DNA of 64,000 bases from Mobula hypostoma (taxonomy: Eukaryota): the NCBI RefSeq assembly GCF_963921235.1, contig NC_086097.1, forward strand, positions 168,642,001-168,706,000. The letters run 5' to 3'. Position 1 is the first letter of the stretch. Each line of letters opens with the position of its first letter. Position numbers and translations under genes: made by a program. Shown in pieces: positions 11,401 to 24,189 of the stretch. A model generated the notes under the pieces. It had not been told where the DNA came from. It ran no database searches and saw only the letters and a list, made by a program, of their open reading frames with translations.

Positions 11401-12859
11401 ACTCAAAAACTATACTGTAATCAGTTGGAAGCAACACAGCCCTGTCACTCTTTACAAGATAAAATAAGCTATTTACCTGACCTTCAAAGGCTATTCTTTA
11501 AATACATTATTTGATAAGCAGACAAGGCTGAGAAAGCAATACATAAATACTTCCTACAACAAGCCTTTGTTAATGGAATGACTTAACCATCATCATTATT
11601 GTGTGTTTGGACTGATGTGTCAAGTCCCTGAAATGTTTCATGCCTGCAAAGTCTGGCATTTTAAGGTGTGTTCAATATAACCTTTTAAGTTTATTTACAT
11701 ATTAAAAACAATTAAAAAAAACATATCCACAATGGGAAAAACTTCAGCCTGATCTGCAAAATTGGTTAAGAATGAATATGACATGTGAAATAATTAATTT
11801 GATGTGCTTCATTCCACCTTCAATCCCAAGATTGCATTAAAACATGCAAGTAATTCTTGTGCCAGTTACTGATACATTGCTTTCATTTAAGAGTTATGAA
11901 GAAAGCTTTACACAGCTGAAGTCCCACAACCTCATTGCCAAAGACAATGAAAATATTTTGAAATCTCTGGATTGCTTTTATTTTTCAAAATGGCTCCGCT
12001 GATGACAGCCAATCCAAGTCAGTTATCCCATTAACTACCTCAGACCTGAGGGGAAAACTGTAGCAGAACAAAGCAGCCACAGTGCTGAGACTCTCCCCCA
12101 TTGTCCGACACAAGCACACACTGGAACGGAGTGTGAAGTGCAAGGGAAAATGGTGCTAACATTGAAAGTGCAGTGGACTGCAAGCTGCTTTAAGGATAGA
12201 GGAATGCAAACTATGTGAGCAACCCCATAAAAACGCCAAAGGTAGGCGGTAGAAACCAGCACCCTTCAGATGTTAGTTGGCTTACAGAGCAAGTGATTCC
12301 CATCTCCAGGAAGTACCCATGGCACAACAACATAAACAGCGAATAATGTACATTTGCTCTGCCCACACTCTCCATATGCCCTTCACCCACGCACTACTCC
12401 CACTAGCTCCCCTCCCCATCCCTCTTCCTTTATTTCATGCTTCACTTTCCTCTCCTCATATTTCATCTTCAGCCCTTTGTCACTTCCACCTAGCTTCTGA
12501 CATTGTCCCCTCTCCCCCCAGCTAAATTCTCTCATCACTTGCTGGCTCTTGCACCATCCCTTCCCTCCACCTTTTCTCTACATTGGCCACCTCCCCTCTT
12601 TCTTTCCATTCCAGATGAAGAGGCTTGGCCCAAAATAACAACTACCCATTTCCTTCTACAGATGCTGCCTGACCTGTTGAGTTCCTCTCATGCTTTGTGT
12701 GTCTCTGTTGGTCTAATTTGCCATTTTCCCCATTTTTTATTGGACACTGTAGTGTTGATATCTGAAGGAAGGCAAGGTCCAAATGGAAAGGAGATTTGGA
12801 CACCCAGCATTCACTTGCCATTACGCTGATGAGTTCAAGGAACAGAGTAATGATATGCT

Positions 12860-14320
12860 GAAATGTATCAATATTATGAAAGAGGTGCTGTAGGTAGTCT
12901 TGTAGCATGTATACCTTCGAGCCTGACCAAGTACATCTTGGGATGTTGCGGGAAGCGATCTCCCTCATATCCTCATTAACAATGGGAAATCTATTAGAAG
13001 GCCGGTGAGAGACTAATATTGTGCTTTTAATAAGGAAGTCAGCACAGTGAGGCCAATGAACTACAGGCTACTGAACCTTACATCAGTTATGGAGAAGTTA
13101 CTGCAGGGAAATCTGAGAGACTGCATTTATTTACATTTGGAAGAGCAAGGTAATTTCTCCCAACTCCTACTTCTCTCCTTCTATTCCTCATTCTGGTTGC
13201 CCTCTCACCCCTCCTTTTCTCCACATCTGCCTATCACCTCCCTCTGGTTCCCCTCCTCCTTCTCTTTATTCCATGGTCCACTGTCTTCTCCTACCAGATT
13301 CCACTTTCTTCAGCCCTTTACCCCTTCTACCTGTCTCCTCCCAGCTTCTTACTCTTCCTGCCCCCCCCCACACCAAACCTGGTCTCAACTATCAGCTTGT
13401 ACTCCTTTCCTTCTCCACACCACCTTATTCTGGCTTTTCCCCCCTTCTTTTCCAGTCCTGAAGGGTATCACCCTCCACAAATGCTGCCTGACCTGCTGAG
13501 TTCAAGGGTAGGGTAGTAGATGTATTCTACATGGATTTTAGCAAAGCCTCTGTCACGGTTCCACATGGTAGGTTGTTCCAGAACACACGGGATCCAGGGA
13601 GAGCTAACCAACGGGATGCGGAATTGGCTTGGTGGTAGAAGGCAGCGTGTGGTAGTAGAGGGTGGTTTTTCCAGATGATCAGTGGTGTGCCGCACTGACC
13701 AGTGCTTGGTCCTGTGTTGTTTGTCAATTTATTAATGATTTATATGAAAAACATAAGCAGTGCACTTACCAAAACTGGTGGTGGAGGAGAATGAAAGAAC
13801 AGTCTGAAGTTATAATAGGGTATCAAGCTGAGCAAAGGAACAGCTGATAGAGTTTAAACTCAGCCAAGTGTGCTGATACATCTTACAAAGATAAACACAG
13901 CCAAGACATACACAGTGAATGGCAAGGCCCGGGGAAGCATCACTGAACAGTAACAGCAAGTACTTAGTTCCCCGAAACTGGCTGAAAAGCGACGTTACAG
14001 GGGTACCGAAAATTATGAGGGGCACAGATGAGGTAGGCAGTACAGTCTTCTCAGGGTTAGGAAATCTGAAACTAGTTGGCAGAAAAAAGTTCAAGGTGAG
14101 AGGGGAAAGATTCTCACAGAGAGTGGTGAGCAAATGATACAAATTATCAGAAGTGATAGAGGCAGCTGCATTTGCATTTAATAAAACATTTAAACACATA
14201 CAAGGATAAGAAAGATTGGGCCAACTCTAGGTATATGTGACAAGCTTAGACAGGCATCTTTGTTAGCAAGTGCGCGCGGGGCTGAAGGAACTGTTTCTGT
14301 GCTGTACATTTCTATGAATC
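12860..14320 (+). mobile_element. Degraded CR1 LINE with Penelope-like 3' fragment (~13150-13503) inside
   Basis: NYRLLNLTSVMEKLL, tacatggattttagcaaagcc, CR1 3' tail; pyrimidine-rich PLE-like insert ending gctgcctgacctgctgagttc. Confidence 0.75.
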
Positions 14321-15299
14321 CATGAATAATTAACCCACACTAAACATGAATTAATCCCATGATTTAAGCCTGCATTGCCACTACCCATGTCAACGTGCAA
14401 GCATCCATCTCTCAAAGTTCAGTTCCTTTGTGTCCGGGAAGGCTGAGCCACGTGAGCTTATCTGCACCTCCCTAACAGCTGACACAAGTTATTTACTTTT
14501 AAAAAGCCAGTCATTCATATAGAACCTCCCTAACCTGACAAGGGAGGCCTCCGGGCAATTCTGTTAGGTTGCAGCTAATGACGCCAGTCTAGGATCAGTA
14601 CAAGGTCAATGTAGCTGCCAAAATTATAAGTAAATGTATTGCAGCGTGCTGTGGGTATCTGGATCCTCCTGGAAATGGGGACCATTTGCACTAGAAGCTA
14701 ACTAATATCTCCAGGGGTTGGTTTCTACTGCCTTTTTTTAAAAAAATGTACAATAGCTCACAAGGCTCTTATTCAGACAACCTCAAAGCAGATTCCCAAA
14801 GTGTATCCATTCAGCTGTAGCACCAGAATTTTCACTGTGCAAAGGCATATGTTCTGGAGTGTGTTTGTGTCAGGCATCAGGAGAGATATTCGAGGATATA
14901 GGATGCAGCAGTCCAATGCAATCTCTGCCTCAGTATTGCAGCAGAGCCTCTCATCCCACAAGCAGCCTAGACTGGCCTCTTCAACATTTAGAAGCATCAG
15001 GACTAACATGTGCTAACATCCACCTATATTCCTGCTGTGACAACCATTTCCTTAATTCTCCACTCAAATTTTCCTTACAATCTGTATATTAAGTTGCTCA
15101 TGGAAGTTTGCAGGACTGTATCAAGGTGAAATTTGCGATGGAAATTCGGCCTCTCTCATCTGCTGAGCTCCTAAAGTCTGAAATCCTTTGCTTAATTTCT
15201 GTGCCTATCTAATTCTCCTCAAAACCAACCTTGTGAAGCTATTAGTATTCCGTGTTATCTTGTTCATTAATAATATTGAAACTCCACTGAACATTGAAT

Positions 15300-15585
15300 T
15301 TATTTATTTAGTGATACAGCACGGAGTTGGCCCTTGGAGCCCCACAGTCCCAGCAAACCCTGACAGACCCAATTAACCCTAACCTAATCACGGGACAATT
15401 TACAATGGCCAATCAACCTACCCAGTAGGGCTTTGGAATGTGAGAGGAAACCAGAGGACCAGGAGAAAACTCGCACACTCCACAGGGAGAACGTACAGAG
15501 ACTCCTTACAGAACAGTGCCAGAACTGAACTGCAAAATGTCCCGAGCTATAATAGCATTGCACTAACTGCTCAGCTACCGTGCAC
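15300..15585 (-). mobile_element. V-domain SINE (HE1-like)
   Basis: Reverse V domain tgtgagaggaaaccagaggaccaggagaaaactcgcacactccacagggagaacgtac followed by tRNA-like head; related copies at 23515, 45810, 61175. Confidence 0.8.
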
Positions 15586-16817
15586 CCACTGTATTAAAGA
15601 GGGGATTTAAATCCAAGATGTGCTTGTTGATTTCTCTTGATCTCCAGATGTGTTGGTAGGAATTGGGGAACAAAGTTATAGGGATAAGTGGAACAGGTTA
15701 AGACTATTCTTCGGAGTACAGGAGACTGAACTTCAAGGAGCGAAAGTACGGTAACTGCACACACAGCCTTTTTCCCTCACAGAAAGAACATAACTCATTG
15801 AATTAGGATGAGAGGGGGAAAGATTGTTTTTTTTTTATATAAAAAGTGACCTGAGGGACAACTTCCTCATGTGTTTATATATGGGTGGAACGAGCTTCCA
15901 GAGAAAGTGGTTGAGGCAGATACAAAAACATTTAAGGGACACTTGGAGTACTATGTGATTAGCAAGAGTTGAAAGGTATGGGCCAATCCTGGGACCAAAA
16001 GAATATAAGACACAAGAACACAATAGAACCCATTTAAAGAAAATCCCCACAAAACAAGACCAAACACCCAATGTGTGAAAGAGAAGACCAAATTGTGCCA
16101 ACAATAAAAAGGAAAGAAATAACATTAACTGCAGAGTCTCCAAATGGTAACCCAACACTGACTGATGGCCACAGCTGCAGGCAGTTCAGTGCCGAAGCAC
16201 CCAGATCAAATCGTGCAAATAGTTAAAAAAAAACTTTTTAAACACAAGGAACATGAACTGTAGAGTTCCTAGAGTCCTGATTATGGAGCACATTCAGTGC
16301 TGAGGCAAGACTGTTCAGAAACTTAATGGTTGTAGGCAATGGCCACTCCTGAAACCAGTAGCGTGGGATCCAAGATTCCTGAACTTTTGCCCACCAGCTG
16401 CAGCAAGAGAGACCGGTCAAAATCAGGCAGATAGCACTGAACCCCTGTTTGTTATCCACTTGTCCTCGATGATTTTAATCTTGCTAGATACTTTAATCGG
16501 CGCAGAGTAATGGAGGGGTTAGTGTTCCAGCATTAGTAATCAACACTATCTCATCCACTCCAAATCCTCCAGATCGCAGAAGCACCAAATCGTTTAGTCA
16601 TCCCAGAAATACATTCGAAGAAGGGAAATTACAGGCTGCAATCTATCGCAGTTCCAGAAGTATACTTAGAAGAGTATCCAGTAGTTTTACAAGCTGCTTG
16701 CAAGATGTCACCATTGGTCATTGGCACCATCTTACCTCCACAGATGTCTGTGGCAATGAATCCTACAGATTCACCACACTCTGGCTAAAGAAATTCCTCA
16801 TCTTTGTTCTAAAGGTA

Positions 16818-18438
16818 CAGTGGCATGCAAAAGTTTGGGCACCCCTGGTCAAAATTTCTGTTCTGTTAGTGAGTAGAAGATGAACTGATCTCCAAAAGTC
16901 ATAAAGTTAAAGATGAAACATTCTTTTCAACATTTGAAGCAAAATTAGAAAATTAGTGTATTATTTTTGGTTTGTACAATTTTAGAGTGAATAAAAGGAA
17001 AGGAGCAACATGCAAAAGTTTGGGCACCCCAAGAGATTTGAGCTCTCAGATAACTTTTACCAAGGTCTCAGACATTAATCAGCTTGTTAGGGCTATGGCT
17101 TGTTCACAATCATCGTTAGGAAAGGCCAGGTGATGCAAATTTCAAAGCTTCATAAATACTGACTCCTCAAACCTTGTTCCAACAATCAGCAGCCATGGGC
17201 TTCTCTAAGCAGCTGCCTTGCACTCTGAAAATTAAAATAATTGATGCCCACAAAGCAGGAGAAGGTTATAAGAAGCTAGCAAAGCGTTTTCAGGTTGCCG
17301 TTTCCTCAGTTCATAATGTAATTAAAAAATAGCAGTTATCAGCAATGGTGGAGGTTAAGTTGAGGTCTGGAAGACCAAGAAAACTTTCCAAGAGAACTGC
17401 TCATAGGATTACTAGAAAGGCAAATCAAAACCCCATCTGACTGCAAAAGACTTTCAGAAGATTTAGCAGACTCTGGAGTGATGGTGGACAGTTCTACTGT
17501 GCAGTGACACCTGCACAAATATGACCTTCATGGAAGAGTCATCAGAAGAAAACCTTTCCTGCATCCTCACCACAAAATTCAGCATCAGAAGTTTGCAAAG
17601 GAACACCTAAACAAGCCTGATGCATTTTGGAATCAAGTCCTGTGGACTGATGAAGTTAAAATAGAACTTTTTGGCCTCAATGAGCAAAGGTATGCTTGAA
17701 GAAAAAAGGGTGCAGAATTTCATGAAGAGAACACCTCTCCAACTGTTAAGCACGGGGGTAGATCGATCATGCTTTGGGCTTGTGTTACAGCCAGTGGCAC
17801 AGGGAACATCTACTGGTAGAGGGAAGAATGAATTCAATTAAATACCAGCAAATTCTGGAAGCAAACATCACACCGTCTGTAAAAAAAAAAGCTGAAGATG
17901 AAAAGAGGATGGCTTCTACAACAGGATAATGATCCTAAACACACCTCAAAATCCACAATGGACTACCTCAAGAGGCGCAAGCTGAAGCTTTTGCCATGGC
18001 CCTCACAGTCCCCCGACCTAAACATCATTGAGAATCTGTGGATAGACCTCAAAAGAGCAATGCATGCAAGACGGCCCAAGAATCTCACAGAACTAGAAGC
18101 CTTTTGCAAGGAAGAATGGGCGAAAATCCCCCAAACAAGAATTGAAAGACTCTTAGCTGGCTACAGAAAGCATTTACAAGCTGTGATACTTGCCAAAGGG
18201 GGTGTTACTAAGTACTGACCATGCAGGGTGGCCAAACTTTTGCTTCGGGCCCTTTTCCTTTTTTGTTATTTTGAAACTGTAAAAGATGGAAATAAAAAAG
18301 TAATCTTGCTTAAAGTATTAAAGAAATGTGTCATCTTTAACTTTATGTCTTTTGGAAATCAGTTCATCTTTTACTCGCTTAGCTATTCACAGTAACAGAA
18401 ATTTTCACCAGGAGTGCCCAAACTTTTGCATGCCACTG
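16818..18438 (+). mobile_element. Full-length Tc1-like DNA transposon with IR/DR ends
   Basis: Termini cagtggcatgcaaaagtttgggcac / gtgcccaaacttttgcatgccactg; ~210-bp inverted repeats with inner repeat copies (~17009, ~18228); TA on left, TC on right. Confidence 0.95.
17195..18218 (+). pseudogene. Tc1 DD34E transposase, inactivated by stops and frameshifts
   Basis: MGFSKQL..GYKKLAKRF..SGRPRK..LWTDE..QDNDPKHTSK..WPSQSPDLNIIENLW..KGGVTKY*; 34 residues between second D and E. Confidence 0.95.
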
Positions 18439-18443
18439 TCCAG

Positions 18444-19345
18444 TGTGACGAGAATACACAAAGATTAAGATGTTAGCTGTCCTGTGCTGGCACCAGTGGG
18501 ATCAGCAGTTGGTCTGCCACCTGTCTTCAGGAGAGAGAGAGATAAGGAAAACCATGGAGCAGCATTTGGAGATGTTAATGAAGGGACGGGAGAGTTTAAC
18601 GGAAGGAGAGCTGTCAAGATCGGCTCCCCCTTTGAACCCTGAACTGTTTGAAGTGATGGACAGGCGATACCCCAGCAGGGGGATAAAAAGGGACAGGTTC
18701 GCTAAGGCAAGACACACACGACACCCCAAGATAACGAGACCCTGGAAGAGGTGCGTCTCCCACAAGTCGGTGGGAAGTTTTGGACGGCTGGTCGCGGGAT
18801 CAAGCCATAGACGCACAGGGTGGAAAGGCACGATCGGCGGGAACCTGGTGTGTGTCCACCCTTGCCTGGGTGCCAGGTTCACAGCAGAGAAATGATCGTA
18901 TCTGGAAACGGAGGGGTCACGGTCGGTGACCTCAGATGACATCACAAAGGGCTCGCACGAAAGCTGACTGCGAAGAATATCGAAGGTCTGTGTGTGGAAG
19001 CCGTTTGACTATTCATTCGTTTTGCTCTCTCTCTCCTTCCCCCCACTGTCCATCGCCACGGCAGCGATTACTGCGAACCGAACTGAACTAAATTGAACTG
19101 AACTTTGCGTCACTTTGAAACTGGTCACTTACCCCTAGACAACGATAGAGCTTGATTGATCCTGTTATCTTACTTCTGTGTAGATGCGTGTTTATCATTG
19201 CTGAACTGTTGCATTTATTATCCTTTTGATTAGAGTACTGTGTTGCTTGCTTCTTTAATAAAACTTTCTTAGTTCTAGTAATCCAGACTCCAACTGAGTG
19301 ATCCATTTCTGCTGGTTTGGCAACCCAGTTACGGGGTACGTAACA
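18444..19345 (+). mobile_element. Solo LTR (Gypsy- or ERV1-like), 902 bp
   Basis: TGTGACG...CGTAACA termini; 4-bp TSD ccag (18440-18443, 19346-19349); AATAAA at ~19257; no internal coding region. Confidence 0.85.
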
Positions 19346-19565
19346 CCAGGTATTCTGAGCCTGTGCCCTCTGGTCCTAGACTCTTGCACTCTTGGAACCA
19401 TCCTCACCATGTCCACTCTGTTTAAGCCTTTCAATATTTGCTGAGTTTAAATAAGATCCTCCCTCATTCTTCTAAACTCCAGCAAGTACAGGTCTCAGCC
19501 ATCAAATGTTCCTCATAGGTCAACCCTTTCATTCCTGGGATCATTCTCTTAAACTTCTTCTGGAT

Positions 19566-19652
19566 GAGGCGTTCCAAACCTTTTTTCTTAAAAAAATGCC
19601 CAGAACCAAAACCATTAAGCAAGGGGTACACAGACCAAGTTGGGAACCCCTG
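19566..19652. mobile_element. Tiny hAT (Charlie-like) MITE
   Basis: Ends gaggcgttccaaacc / gttgggaacccctg; 8-bp TSD ttctggat/ctctggat; relatives at 42601, 46464, 53881. Confidence 0.8.
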
Positions 19653-19732
19653 CTCTGGATCCCTTCCAAAGCCAGCACATTCATTTTTTTAATATAAAAG
19701 ATATGGGGCCCATGGACTAACTTTGTGCAGCA

Positions 19733-21535
19733 AACATGAGAAAATTGCAGATGCTGGAAATCCAAAGCAACATACATAAAATGCTGGAGGAACTAAGTCG
19801 GCCAGGTGCATTTATGGAAAACACTAAACAGTTGATGTTTCGGGCCGAGACCCTTCATCAGGACAGGAAAGAAAGAGAAGTCAGAGTAAGAAGGTTGGGG
19901 GGGGTGAGGAAAAAGAAGTACAAGGTGACTGGTGAAACAGGGAGAGGAGATGAGGTGAAGTAAAGAGCTGGGAAGTTGATTGGTGGAAGAGATAAAGGGC
20001 TGGAGAAGGGGGAATCTGATAGGAGAGGACAGAAGACCATGGAAGAAAGGGGAGGAGCACCAGAGGGAGGCAATGGGCAGGCAAGGAGATAATGTGAGAG
20101 AGGGAAAAGGGGATGGGGAATGGTGTAAGGGAGGGGCAATAACTGGAAGTTCAAGAAATCAATGTTCATGCCATCAGGTTAGAGGCTACCCAGACAGAAT
20201 ACATGGTGTTGCTTCTCTAACCTGAGTGTGGCCTCATCACGGCAGTAGAGGAGGCCATGGACTGACATGTCAAAATGGTAATGGGAAGTAGAATTGAAAT
20301 GTATGGCTACCAGGAAATCCCACTTTTTCTGGTGGATGGAGTGAAGGGGCTCGGCAAAGCATTCTCCCAGTCTATTGGGTCTCACTGATGTACAGAAGGC
20401 CACACCGGGAGCACTGAATACAATAAATGACCCCAACAGACTTACAGGTGAAATGTCACCTCACCTGGAAGGACTGTTTAGGGCCCTGAATGGTAGTGAG
20501 GGAGGAAGTGCAGAGGCAGGAATAGGACTTGTTCTGTTTGCAAGGATAAGTACCAGGTGGGAGATCAGTGGGGAGGGACTAGTGCACAAGGGAGATGGGC
20601 AGGGGGTGATCCCTGCAGAAAGAGGAATGTGGGGGGTGGGATCCCACTGGAGATTGTGGAAGTTACGGAGAATTGTGTGCTGTATTCAAATGCTGGTGGG
20701 GTGGTAAGCAGGGGCAAGAGGAACTCTATCCCTGGTGTGGCGGCAGGAGGATGGGGTGAGGGCAGATGTGCACGAGATGCAAAAGATGCAGGTGAAGGCA
20801 GCATTGTAGGTGTAGGAAGGGAAGCCCTTTTCTTTGAAGGGTTATCTTAGTTCTGGAATGAAGAGCTTCATCCTGAGAGCAGATGCGGCAGAGACGGAGG
20901 AACTGAGAGAAGAGGATGGCACTTTTACAAATGACAGGGTGGGAAGAGGTATAGTCTAGGTAGTTGTGAGAGTCAGTGGGTTTATGAAAGATATCAGTAG
21001 ATGGACTGTCTGCAGAGATAGAGACAGATCGAGAAATGTGAGGGAGGTGTCAGAAATGGATCAGGTAAATTTGAGGGTTGTGGGGAAGTTGAGGCAAAGT
21101 TGATGAAATTGATGAGCTCAGCATGGGTGCAGAAAGCAGCACTAATGCAGTCAATGTAGCACATAAACAGTTGGGGAATGATAGCAATGTAGACTTAGAA
21201 CATAGACTGTTCCATGTAGCCAACAAAAAGGCAGGCATAGCTAGGACCCATGCGAATGCCCATGGCTACACCTTTCATTTGAAGGAAGTGGGAGGAGCCG
21301 AAGGAGAAATTATTGAGGGCGAGGACCAACTCCGCCAGGAGAGTGGTGGTGGTGGATGAGGGGATCTGGTTGGGTCCGTTTTCCGGAAAGTAGCGGAGAG
21401 TTTTAAGGGTCTCCTGATGGAGAATGGAAGTGTATAGGGACTGGACATCCATAGTGAAAATGAGATGATCAGGGCCAGGGAGCTTAAAGAAATTGAAAAG
21501 ATTAAGAGTGTACTAAGTGTCACAGATGTAGGTAG
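19733..21535 (-). mobile_element. Penelope-like element, RT plus GIY-YIG region, degraded
   Basis: MDVQSLYTSI..LVLALNNFSFGSSHFLQMKGVAMGIRMGPSYACLFVGYME; RLGECFAEPL..VAIHFNSTSH..LGSL. Confidence 0.9.
19829..19866 (-). ncRNA. Hammerhead ribozyme motif (diverged copy)
   Basis: Minus strand cuguc-CUGAUGA-agggucucggccc-GAAAC-AUC-aacug. Confidence 0.65.
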
Positions 21536-21859
21536 GAAGCAGCAGCAGAACCAGGGAGGGGGAGGGAGAAATAAAACAGTCGAGATAAGCAGGGTCAGCA
21601 AGGATGAATTGGACCAAAGAGTCTGTTTCTAGTCTTTCTTGTGATAAACTCAGGCAGATAGAAAGAGTTCCTTGCTGCAATTTCATAACTAGTTAACATC
21701 ACTAGATATTTGCCCAGTTTCTCTCTATCTGTACAGCCTTTATGTACATGTCCAGAGCTAATAACATCAGTATTAGCAACACATAACAAACACCCTCCAA
21801 CAGTCCTATTAACCTGTTTGACCTGGTCCCACACTATACAGATATCCCTTGTCCTATCC

Positions 21860-22350
21860 AAACTGACAAGAATGCAAGTAAGGTTTATGAGAATGATGCC
21901 GGGACTCAAGGGCTTGAGTGAAAGGGAGAGGTTGTTGGGCTTGGTTGTATGTTATTTCTTTAGAGTGAAGGAAACTATAGGTCATCTTACAGAGGTGCAC
22001 AAAATCATGTGGGGCAGAGACAGGTTGAATGCACTCAGTTTTTTGCCAAGAGAAAGGGAATCAAAAATTAGAAGGCAGAGACTGAAGGAGAGGAGAAGAA
22101 TGATTTAAACTAGACTGGAGGGGCAACTTCTGCACCCAGGTGATATGCATACGGAATGAGTTGTCAGAATAAGTGGTTGAGGCAGATACAATAACAGCAT
22201 TTAAAAAGACATTTGGACAGGTACATGGATAGGAAAGGCTTAAGGGGTTAAGGGCCAAACACAGGCAAATTGGACCATCTTAGAAGGGTATCTTGTTCAG
22301 CATGGAAGAGTTGAGCAAAAGAGCCGGTTGCTCTGCTGTCTGACTCCAAG
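21860..22350 (+). mobile_element. Degraded CR1 3' end
   Basis: RMQVRFMRMMPGLKGLSERERL..HLTEVHKIMWGRDRL followed by CR1 3' UTR. Confidence 0.75.
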
Positions 22351-23514
22351 AATCCCTTCTTCCACCACCATCACACACACTTTACATTCTACATCACTTA
22401 AAACTCTCATTCCCAGTCTGAGTCATTGAATCAGAGAGACATACAGCACAAAACAGGCCCTCCAGTCCTTTGAGCCTGCGCCAAATATCAAACACAGATT
22501 CACACTAACCTGATAATAACCCCATTTTATCCTCAACAGACCCCACATTAAGGGTAATTTTCACTAGTCAATTAATTTACTAAACCAATGACAAGGAGCT
22601 ATTGACCTGAAAGGTTACCTTTCCATGGATGTGGCCTGATTTGAATAATTGCGACATTTTCTGTTTTTATATCAGGTTTCCTCTGCAATTTTTTTAAAAA
22701 GTTGTCCTAACCTCTATCCAAGTGCCATCAGCTTCTGAAAACTCCTGTACTACCTCATATTACATTTTCCCTCAATTTGCCACAATGCTGTAACATTTTA
22801 TTTATTGCATTGTTATACATAATTTGTTAATTTAATTCTAAATACTTTACATTTGTAATGTACTGAACTGCTGCTGCAAAAACCTAATTTTCACGGCATT
22901 TATACCCTGTGAATGTATGCACACGGCAATAAGCTTCTGAGGAATTATGTTGTTGGACTTGGAATGCAGAAGCCTGGTTTAATGACTCAGATGCAAATAC
23001 ACATGACATGGCAAATAGAAAATTTAAATTAATTTAATTTGATAGATCATTGAATTGTGTTATGGAAGGAGCTCATTTGAAAAGTTGAGCAAGTTAGTAC
23101 TCTTCTCTTGAGCAAATGAGGATGAGAGGTAACTTGATATGGGTGCACAAGGGGCATAGATAGAGTGGGCAGCCAGCATTTCACCCTCCCCACCCACCTC
23201 CCCACCCAGAGCAGAAATTGCTAATAAGAGGACGTAATTTTAAGGTGATTGGAGACAAGTATGGTTGGGGGGGGGGGTGTAATGTCAGAATGTCAGAGAC
23301 TGAGCTATTAGAGATAGTGGCCCTTAATCCTAGACAGCCCAGCCAAGGGGAATATCAGGTCCACCTCTATCCTTCCACGACCAAAAGTCTCAATGATAAG
23401 CCTTCTTTTGGAAGTCCACGTACACCATATCATCTGCTATCCCGTATTCTAGCCCTGTGGCTAATGATTTTCATCCAGGTACTTTTCAGATGCACTGTGA
23501 CTCTCACTCTCTCA

Positions 23515-23760
23515 GAGACAGTGCAGAACAGGCCCTTCAAGTGGCGCCGCCCAGCAGGTCTCAATTTAACCCTAACCTAATCATGGGACAATTTACTGTG
23601 ACCAATTAAACCGACTAACTTTGGACTGTGGGAGTAAAACCAGAGCACCTGGAGAAAATGTACGCACTTCACGGGGTGGACGTACAAACATCGGATGAGA
23701 ACATTGGGAATGAACTCCGAGACCACAAGCTGTAATAGCATCTCACTAACTACTACATTA
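23515..23760 (-). mobile_element. V-domain SINE (HE1-like)
   Basis: ttaaccctaacctaatcatgggacaatttac..ctgtgggagtaaaaccagagcacctggagaaa; homologous to 15300-15585. Confidence 0.8.
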
Positions 23761-24189
23761 CAGTTTATTGTCAGGATGTAGGTGCTGCTGCCATTTAGCA
23801 GCCATTCTGTAAATGCCCCTGAACTAAGCCTGTAGCAATTAAGTGTCACAAACAGACAAGACTGATAAAGAGTCAGATTTCATTCTCCAAAAGAAATTAA
23901 TGGGTACAACAAACTGGAAAGTTCATGACTTTTATTGACATTATGGATGGTTACTTGATGATGGCATGAAGAGAATAGGCTGAGGGGTCTGTATCTGTGC
24001 TGCAAGACTGACTCCCTTCCTCATTATATACGTTTGCCAGGCCTTGGTGGGATTCCATCGATGGCCGTGCTGCCATATTCATCACTCATTCAAGCAGTGA
24101 GCTCTGGAACTAAAGGTGAGCAAGGAAAAAAAAATAAATCGCAGGATTGTCGAAGAAACCACAGATATCCTTTAGAATACTGCATCTTG

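Larger units (their letters stand above)
16735..19680 (-). mobile_element. CR1 fragment hosting Tc1, solo LTR and MITE insertions
   Basis: CR1 sequence ...aaattcctcatctttgttctaaagg resumes as ccaggtattctgagcctgtgccctctggtcctagactc after the inserts. Confidence 0.8.

Noticed and set aside
15373..15388. Telomere-like ttaaccctaaccta (also ~23566)
   Set aside because: Internal part of the V-SINE family, not an interstitial telomeric array
18470..18945. Overlapping 141- and 147-aa ORFs
   Set aside because: Inside the solo LTR; no gag, pol or env motifs
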